Origin: Folioceros fuciformis
Lineage: Eukaryota
Direction: 5' to 3'
DNA length: 40,917 nucleotides
NCBI GenBank assembly: GCA_049999805.1
Contig: JBNGIO010006043.1
Coordinates: 1 to 40,917 of the forward strand
The translations under genes and the position numbers were made by a program. Below the pieces are notes generated by a model, which worked only from the letters and a program-made list of their open reading frames with translations, was not told the DNA's origin and did no database searches. Position 1 is the stretch's first letter, and the number at the start of each line of letters is the position of its first letter. Below, one piece after another: positions 32,644 to 40,917 of the stretch.

Positions 32644-34656
32644 ATGAAGCGGTTTTTCCAAGCAGTAGAGCGGGATGGGGCGTCCAAAAGACAAGCTGCT
32701 GGGAGAGAGGATGAAGGTCAGAAATCTGATGTTTCAGCCCAGGCTGCTGATGGCAACACGGAGAAGAAGGAGCCAGCAACCTTTTTCTCTTGGAACGCAA
32801 ACAGTCTGCTTTTGCGTTTCAAGAAGAATGCTGAGGAGCTGACAGAGCTTCTGCAAAGGGTTGACCCGGATGTCATCGCCATTCAGGTGCGCAGCTGCCA
32901 GGCGCTGTGGAGCCCTCTGTTGAAGGGGAGTGTGTCGGTGGCTAATTACCGATGTCCCGTTGTGCAGGAAGTCCGCATGCCAGCGGCTGGAAGGAAGGGC
33001 GAGACCAAGAATCAGGGAGAGCTGAAGGATGATACGGCTGCCGCCCGGGAGGATAAGCAGGTGTGCGAAGAAGTGTAATTGTGCTAGTTCTGGGGCATTG
33101 TGGCTTAGATTCGGATGAGACATACATACTTGACTGAGTTTGCAGGCAATTATGCGGGCCCTTTCGGTCTTGCCGTTGGCGCATTACAAAGTTTGGTGGT
33201 CCCTATCGGAGAGTAAATATGGAGGGACGGCGCTCTTCGTCAAGCGTTTTTGCAAGCCACTCTCTGTGAGATTCTCACTGGATGAGGAGAACCCTGCAGG
33301 TCTTGATTCTAGGCAGCTACTTCTAATCGCAAGCGTCTAATGTCATGAAGGTGATGTGGGTTGTTGTGGACATCAGGTCTTGCGGTGCGAATTTTGACAT
33401 TGCTTTGTCCAAATATGTGCAGGCAAACACGACCCTGATGGCAGAGTGATTCTAGCTGAATTTGAGTCGTTCCGTTTTTTGAACACCTACGTGCCCAATA
33501 ATGGCTGGAAGGAAGAAGAGTCTGCATTTCCGAGGAGACGGAAATGGGACCGCAAAATGCTGGACTTTGTCTCCCGCCCCTCGAAAAAACCGCTGATTTG
33601 GTGTGGGGATTTGAATGTCAGGTTCGTTCTCTTCAACCTCGTCACGGCTTTGAGTGTTCTGGATTTGTGTTGCCGTGGGAGGATGCCGGACGGGATGAGT
33701 AATCAACAGCTGCATTTGAATACTGGATTAATGTAAAGAGCAGCCTGAAGCACTCATGTTTTGAACATATTACCTGACGACGTCTGCAGTCACAAGGATG
33801 AGGATGTGAGCCACCCGGAGTTTTTTAGGAATGCCAAGCTTGCTGGTTATACTCCGCCTAATTCTGAGGCAAGATTAAGACATAGTCTGAGGCATCTGAT
33901 TGGATGCTTGGATCAATCTGGTTTCGAAAGCCTGAAAATGTCTCGTGTCATGACAGCAGGACTGCGGGCAGCCTGGGTTCACAGTAGGGGAACGAAAACG
34001 GTTTTCGGCAATGCTGACACAGTGAGTGTGAGATGGTGGTTTTGTCTTGCGTGGGGCGGCTGCTAAGCCCGTTAGTGGCCTGCTGTGCTGTGTCGGATCG
34101 CTTCACATCCATGACATGTTTGTAGGGGAAAGTTGGTGGATACCTACAGGTGGTTGCACAAAGAAAAAGAAGAAGACGGATGCTTCACCTGGTCAGGGAA
34201 TCCAGTAGGGAAGTAAGTACCTCATGTGTGCTTCATGTTGGCAATGATCAGGTGCCATGGGTTTGTGTCGTTTGTTCCTGCAAAGTCCACGTTCCTGGCG
34301 AGGGAGGTTAACGGCTGCAAATGCCCAGATATCGGGGAAAACGGATGAGGATAGACTACTTTCTCATATCGGAGAGCATCGTCGGCCGACTCACGAGCAG
34401 TGAGATTTTGGGTCAAGGAATTGAGCAACAGGGTAGGCGATCTTACTGTGTATGGCACAGAAGCGTCACATGATGTTTTCGTGGATTGCACTGCCACGAT
34501 GCGATTCGATGCGCTGCGTTGCGCGGCATCATTGTTGTGAAGCTGTGTGTATGTTTGCTCCATCGTACTCGGTTGCCGTGTGCAGGCTTTTATGGGAGCG
34601 ACCATTGCCCAATAACCATGAAGCTTGCTGTTTTAGCGGTGACGGCCACCCCTTGA
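32644..34656 (+). CDS. APE1L: DNA-(apurinic/apyrimidinic site) endonuclease APE1L (ExoIII family), multi-exon
   Basis: MKRFFQ...SWNANSLLLR...DPDVIAIQ|EVRMPAAG, KYGGTAL, HDPDGRVILAEF, NTYVPNNGWK, WCGDLNV|SH, DCGQPGFT, WSGNPVGK|YRGKRMRIDYF, FYGSDHCP. One GC-AG intron (33869-33959). Confidence 0.95.
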
Positions 34657-35713
34657 ATACTGGACCGTATTCTACAACTGTCAAGCATTCGGGACCAAAC
34701 TTTAGATTCTTCCACCTTCTCCCTAGTGTAGGCACCTGGAAGACTAGAAGGACTAGGGAATTCTGGATCGGTTGAATTTAGAAAGGGGAAATTCTGCAGG
34801 CCTCCGGACGCGGTGCTAGCTGTCGAGACTGGATGTGCATCTACAGCAGGTGAAAGCAGCGGCAGCTACGTACATGGATGCATACTTTTATCTGGGATGC
34901 GCACAGCGCACACGTGATGCTCGTCTCAAGAGCCTTTCCTCGCCCAGACCTCTGCCTTCAGGGGTCACCCTTAACTCGGTCCTTTACCCTCAGTCCAGTT
35001 CGTGTGGTCTGTACTTTGTACCGCTCCGTTTAGGTGCAGTAGCTCGGTGCATAATTGTCAAATTCACCTCACCACCGGCTTCGCTTTCCAGAAACTGAGA
35101 GATGGGCCTAAGGTACGGCACCGACGCTCCTCTTGAAAGCCAAAGTCGAAGTTCAGGAACCACAGAGGAGACAAGACTCCTGAGAGCACACAGCCTGAGG
35201 TGGTGTGACAACCAATACCATCCGATGACCGCTCTCGCCGAGGACGAGGACGTGGACAAGGTGGTTTCAAGTTGGCACGTCGTGGGCCAGCGTGGAAACT
35301 GTGTTATTTTCGGACCTTATGTCCGGTCCATTGCCAAAGGTAACCAATGTTTTGAGGACAATCCTCTTTGTAGTCCAAGTATCTAACAAGAATTGCGGAC
35401 AAAAGTTCAAATAAGAATCATAAATTGGCCAGGTCAAGGGGAGCCGCAGGGAGGATGAGAGGCAGAAATGCAAGAAACGAAAGAATGCAACAGTGTGCCC
35501 CCTCTTGAACAGGCTCGGCTAACATGATCCCCAAAGTAGCGATATACGGCAGGATTAACCTACGATGCTGTCCAAGAATCTCACGCATGCAGCTTTCTGG
35601 CTCCCAGTTATTAGACGCCACATTGGAAAAGGAAACAGTGAGCCGAACATAAATCAACGGGTCCCTGTGACATCCAATCCCATTAAATTTGGGCAAAGAC
35701 TTGGGTGTGGCCT

Positions 35714-38700
35714 TTAACTCGCATTCAAGCTGTCCGCCTGGCTGGTAGACTGGGGCTGCACTGGCTGGGATGGCGAGATGACGGCACTGGGAGTCTCTCT
35801 GTTCTGACTTGACGAGGCCTCTGATACGGAGTCCTTGGAAGAGGTCATGACCAACAGTGTTGAGTCATGGACATGAGAATCAGTTGACGAAGATAGGGGG
35901 GCAAGTATTGTCGAGGATGAACCCATTGGATAAGGAGCCACGGCCATATCTGCAAGAGACGATGCCGATGGGCTATAACTTAGAGCACTCAGAGGATGAT
36001 CAAACTTGCAAGTTGGCCCGTACTTGCAGACGCGATTCTTCATGTAGTAATTACACGGTGGAGCTCCCTGCACAACACAACGGCAGGTTTCAGTATCAGC
36101 ACATCCCGTCAATTATAGTCAACGCACAGAGCAACATTTTCGGAAGCTGGGTTGAATTTGGCTCACCGGCCGAAGAGGTAAACCCATGGGACTCAAGGTG
36201 CAGGTCGGAGACGGTGTGGCCCGATCTTTCGGATGATGGAAACGGCAAGTTAAGCCGTATTTGCAATCACCTGTTTTCATGTAATATGGACACTCTTGTA
36301 CGCCAGGCCTTTCTGGGAAATTCGTGTCTTTTGGCACCCCAAGACCTGCCGGTTGCAAGCCAGCCAGGCCCATGGCTGAAGAGGTCGGCATGTACGGTGA
36401 GAAGGTGGCATGTACTCCGATCTGATCAGCTTGGGGAGCCGGTCCATAAACATAGGGATGTTGAGCATCTGGAGATTGGAGTGGGCCCTGTGCACGTGCA
36501 TGCATCACATCAGTCCGTAGCTAACTGGCCATGATTAGGTCTAGGTTTAGGGCAAGCATATAAAGGTAAACCCCCTCAAAGTTGCATGTAAATCAGCGCT
36601 GCCCTCCTACTTACTTCTCCACTTATACCTCAGCGTGCCGACAGCGCTCGGCTGGACTCTTAGCATCGGACTGCGACGGCTGGGTGGAGCTGGGAGAGTA
36701 AGGACAGGAAAGGAACGCAAGCAAGCTCAGACTCTAGCAGCACCACATAGTGACTAACATACAGGATTTCGGAAGAGGTTGCAGAAGGTGTGGAGTGACA
36801 AGGGGAGCACAGGACAAGAACGCAAGCAAGCAAGACTCCAGCCTTAGCAGCCTCACACACGGGATGACATTCAAGAGCTACGGAGGAGGTGAGATTCTTA
36901 CTTGGTACGTACTCCACGGTGGCACTGGCACGATTGTCTGTGGAGATGGCACTAGGACCGATGTGTAGCTGGACTGCAGACGAGGAGTCAGAAAAGGTCC
37001 TCTTGCAATTCCTGGCCACGAAGGAAGCCCTCCTTGGTAGTGTGACGGTGCAGCTCCTGATGGGCCCCCTGGATAAATAGTAGGCGGGCTCAGCATTGCT
37101 GGCTGTGGATGATGAAACTTGCAGGTGACACTGTATTTGCACGAGCTGGTCCGCATGTAGTATGAACACTCCTTCTCATTCTGCAACAAGCAAATGTTGA
37201 GTGAGAACTCATTTCCATAGAAAGGAGTCCAAACAATCAGCGCTGCCATCAGCAGTCAAGAGCAAATCAGGAATTGCCATCAGTTAGCTCTCGACATCCA
37301 CATTCGCAAGCATCACTAACCGGGCGGAGAGGTAGACCCAAAACATTCAGTTGTACTCTCCCAGTTGATCCTGCTTTGTCTCTCGGGTGATGGAACTTGC
37401 ATGTTGCCCCATATTTACAGTTCCCTGTTTTCAGATAGTACTGCAGGTTACGGGCCGGGCAGAGAAAGGTTAGTAGGCATCCCTTCCACCTGTCCAAAGT
37501 TTCATTAAAATGCACGCAAGCAGAACCCACTCTAACAGCGTTTAAGGCCCAATGAATTTGGTTGCCTAAACATTGTCAATCAGGTTATTCACGAAAGGCT
37601 AGTGTGTGTTTTCTTGGCCATGCTAGTCCCTACATAACATAGCACTTTTGCTGCTGGTGTTTCCAAAAGGGCTGAAGTGCACTCTTAGTGCACTCAACAA
37701 GTATAAATTGTTGCCCAATTGAGGAGTTAGGTTTATCCATGGATCACCTACTAACAGTTAGGGTTCCCGAAAAGCCAGAGAAATTTGTACCTGACACTCT
37801 AGCTGCCCGGGTCTCTCAGGATACTCCCCTTTACCTCTTGCAACAGCTGCAGCCTGAATGAGGAAAGCAGCAAGCACAGCTCATCTCAGCTGTTGTGCAA
37901 ACAGTGAGACATTGGTCATGCTAGTGTAATAGGTAGCAAGAGAGCACAGGGCCTTACCAGCTTGCGGTTTGGAGGATGGTTAAAGCGACAGCTCATGCCA
38001 TACCCGCAGAGGCCAGTACGCATGTAGTAGGAGCAGTCTTGCTCTCCTGGTCTTTCGGGATAATGACCGGGGGCTCCATCCATGCCGTCGGGAGTCATCT
38101 GCCACATGTCTGCATGAAGAATACAACAGCAGATACGATAAGTGCTCAGTCAGAACTTCCGGAAGGGCCAGATCTGAAAGTGCAACGAGATTCAGTCTGA
38201 GCGAATTTTCGGCTCAGTCCTGAATTGCTAAGTGAACAATGATTCTTCTTGAAGAACAGGCAGTGTCAGCTTCGGTTAAGGCATCAATTCAAGATGTGGT
38301 TCCAGTTAGCCATATTAGAAAAACAGAAGTTTGTGGTGTAGCTGCATTCAAGCCTCACATCTACAAGGCCAGCACAATCCAAGCAGAAGCGTGCAAGCCC
38401 TTGTGGAAAAATCCACGACAACCTGGCTTGCTTTGTGAGTGACAAGATGACCTGCAGGGGAAAGCAACCCTTGAGCCCCATGGGACTCAAGACGGGGAGA
38501 AGCAGATGACACAGAAGCCGCAGGTGATTTGTCAGGTGATGGATCCCTGATGGAGGAGGCCATGTTGCATACGGAGACCCTGCTCAAAAGTAGCTGTAAA
38601 GCTGCTGCTGTTGGCCAACAGCGCTACAACCCATTTCTTGTGCCAAGGCATGCCCTGTACGAACAACCATGTTCCGAATCGATCCAAACCGAAGCCCTTT

Positions 38701-39544
38701 CACATGAGAGCAGATGGACGATTCGAGCTGTGCCACAGGATGGCGGGGAAGCTGGCGGTGCAGGTGGATCGCTTTCCACGTTCAATTCCAATGCGGAAAT
38801 CATCCATCAGTAAGCATCGAAAAGCAACGATCTGACAAGCACCCCGCCACCGGACCCGCACGAGGCAGTCACCTATCCCAGCCCCTCCCGGGATCTACTC
38901 CTGCACTGCTCCACGACTGACCATGTCGCAATTTGCAACGGAATTGACGGGGGAGGTGGAGCCGTGGAGCGGTGAGCAGATCAAGGGGATTCTGCGCTTG
39001 CCTTCCTGCAGTGGCGCACGACCTAGACCCCAGCCGAGGCTCACACTATTGCGGGCGGACACCAGATCCGGCCAGGCCAGGGGAGCCATGAAATTGGACG
39101 CAAGGACTCGAATTCCTGCAACCTGAGCCTACTTCCGTGCGCAGCCTGGGGACACATGTGAGCAGCGGCAAGAGCCCGGGGCCCGGGGTCCGGGGGCCCC
39201 GGTGAGGCTGCAAGGCAGCGTACGGCGCCGCGGGAGAAGAGGAAGAAGAAGAAGAGGAGGAAGCAGGATGCAGGAATGAAGAAGGAAGAAAGGAGCAGAC
39301 AGAAGAAGGAGGAGGAGGAGGAGGAGGCGCAGGTGGAGGCAAGAGAAGAATGAGTGACAGGCACGTAAACACGGGACTCACCGTCAATGCCACCAGGGTC
39401 TGCGTTGGGGCCAGCAGGAGAAGGCGCAACATGTTTAAGACCCCAGGCCTCGTGCGGAAGCGAGGGACCTGCCCCGGGGTCGCCAACGGAGGCGTCAAGG
39501 CCCGCGTAGGAGGAGGCCCCTTGCGGTGGAGCATAATATTCCAT
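35714..39544 (-). CDS. Five-finger CCCH zinc-finger RNA-binding protein (ZFN/C3H family), multi-exon; first coding exon ambiguous
   Basis: Five C-x8-C-x5-C-x3-H motifs with YPERPG/FPERPG and GLPLRP leaders ([50 protein letters not shown]). Conserved MWQM at 38107. Start is ATG 39544 or 38563. Confidence 0.9.
39232..39350. repeat. GAA/GGA purine-rich microsatellite tract in the first intron of the CCCH gene
   Basis: Runs of gaa and gga triplets. Confidence 0.8.
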
Positions 39545-39999
39545 CAATCATGCCCGCGTCGCTGCTGTGCTCCAGGAATTGCCAGCTTCGCTCCTTCCTA
39601 GCGTGAAATGCACGCACAATTTCAGCTCCCGGAATGCCTCCCTCGCGTTCTCCTAGGCAGATTCAACCTCCACCTCCCGGGCACGCAATTGTGACATGGG
39701 CAGCCGCAGTCGGGGGCAAATTTGGAGCCACCCCAATTTGGCCGCTTTCGCCGCTTTCAATTCCTGCTCCCTGATCCGCCACAGATCCGCCACGGAAAGA
39801 GATCGGAAAGTCTGGCCAGGCTTCGGCCCGGGGCAAGAGCTCGGGCTTAGGGGACGGGAAGGGAGCAAAGGAGGGAGGGAGGGAAAGAGAGAGGAGCAGC
39901 TGCTGCTGCCTTGCTCCTCCCGCTCCGCTCTCGCAACCGAGGAAGCTGGTCACGGCTCTGCCCGCTGCAGCAGGAGGAACAGCAGAGAGGCTGGAGCGG

Positions 40000-40540
40000 A
40001 GCAGGCCAGGCCAGGCCAGGCCAGGACGGTGAGAGAGAGGGAGGGAGGGAGGCAGGGACGGAGGGAGGGAGGGAGGGAGGGAGAGAGGGAGAGAGAGAGT
40101 GAGAGAGAGAGAGAGCCTCCTCCTGCTACTCCTGCTGCTGTCGATGCTGCTGCTGGTGCTTCTGTTGCCGGTGCTGATGCTGCTTTGCTTTGCTTCTGCT
40201 GCTGCTGATGCTGCTGGTGTATGAAGAGTGTGCGCTCTTCTCGGCTCTGCTCCCTCTTGTCTGTGTGCGTAGAGAGTCTGGTGGCTACTGGTTGCTGAGT
40301 GCGGTGTGTGGTGTGTGTGTGGTGTGTGTGCGGTGCGCTATGCTGTGCTGTGAGCTCTCTCTTCTGCTTGCCTGCCTGCCTCCTTCATCCGTCGTCGCCG
40401 TGTGCTGCTGTAGCTCTGTGTGCCCCCCGCAGCAGAGGTGTGTTGAAGACGACAAAAAGAAAAAAAAAAACCCGAGGAGGAGGAAGAAGAAGAAGAAGAC
40501 GATGACGACGACGAAGGAGAAGAAGAAGCAGAAGAATGAG
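40000..40540. repeat. Compound microsatellite/low-complexity block: (GCCAG)n, (GGGA)n, (GA)n, (GCT)n, (TG)n, poly-A, (GAA/GAC)n
   Basis: Directly visible; lies in the probable 5' UTR/promoter of the CCCH gene. Confidence 0.9.
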
Positions 40541-40917
40541 GGGGTGGAAGCAAGGTCGTGGCAAGGGTGCACCCTTGGCAAGGGCTTCCCCATAGCCCCA
40601 CACACAGGCTTCACGACCGCGCAGTACAGTCCTTAAGTGCGAGCGCGGAGTAGGCGGCAAGGCATCGGAGGCGGGCACACAGTTGGCCACGTCCCGGTTG
40701 TCGGGGCGTCCGCCGTCGTCGCCGTACCTGGGAGCAATCAATGGGCGAGAAGCTTTGGCACATGGGGCGGAATCGGCAGCGGGTGGACGCGTCCACCCGG
40801 TGCGTCCAGAAGCGCATTGCCCTTGGCAAGGGCAGGAAGGAAGGCAGCGCGGTTCCCCGCGCGCGGTCGGGCCCCGAGTTGCCGACTGCTTGCGCGCTGG
40901 AGCGCGCGCGGTTACAG

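Noticed and set aside
35857-36534. 225-aa plus-strand ORF
   Set aside because: Antisense to CCCH exons, TTG start, no motif.
39696-40741. Several 110-170 aa ORFs with poly-K, poly-S or RE runs
   Set aside because: Arise from microsatellites and GC-rich sequence lacking stop codons.

Overview
Eukaryotic nuclear DNA from a non-seed land plant, most likely a hornwort. This is inferred from short ~70-400 bp GT-AG introns, high gene density and a PLS-PPR protein ending in a KPAxA/HAE/GRP-type DYW domain. Bases 1-13.7 kb are a degenerate transposon block. It holds two related minus-strand Ty1/copia LTR retrotransposons: the left one is probably nested in the RNase H of the right one, and it carries an intact extra 229-aa ORF between PBS and gag. 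The block also holds a decayed, intron-containing beta-class DNA amino-(N4C/N6A)-methyltransferase-like gene and a 5'-truncated hAT transposase. Bases 14-41 kb are a compact gene array: aldose 1-epimerase (+), VPS45 (-), SDH7 (+), an intronless PPR-DYW:KP candidate U-to-C organellar RNA editing factor with an N-terminal OSB-type PDF motif (+), UBP26 (+), plastid RPL24 (-), APE1L (+) and a five-finger CCCH protein (-). The most noteworthy items are the methyltransferase relic, the PDF-PPR-DYW:KP fusion and the extra-ORF copia element. All family calls come from motif recognition by eye; no searches were run.
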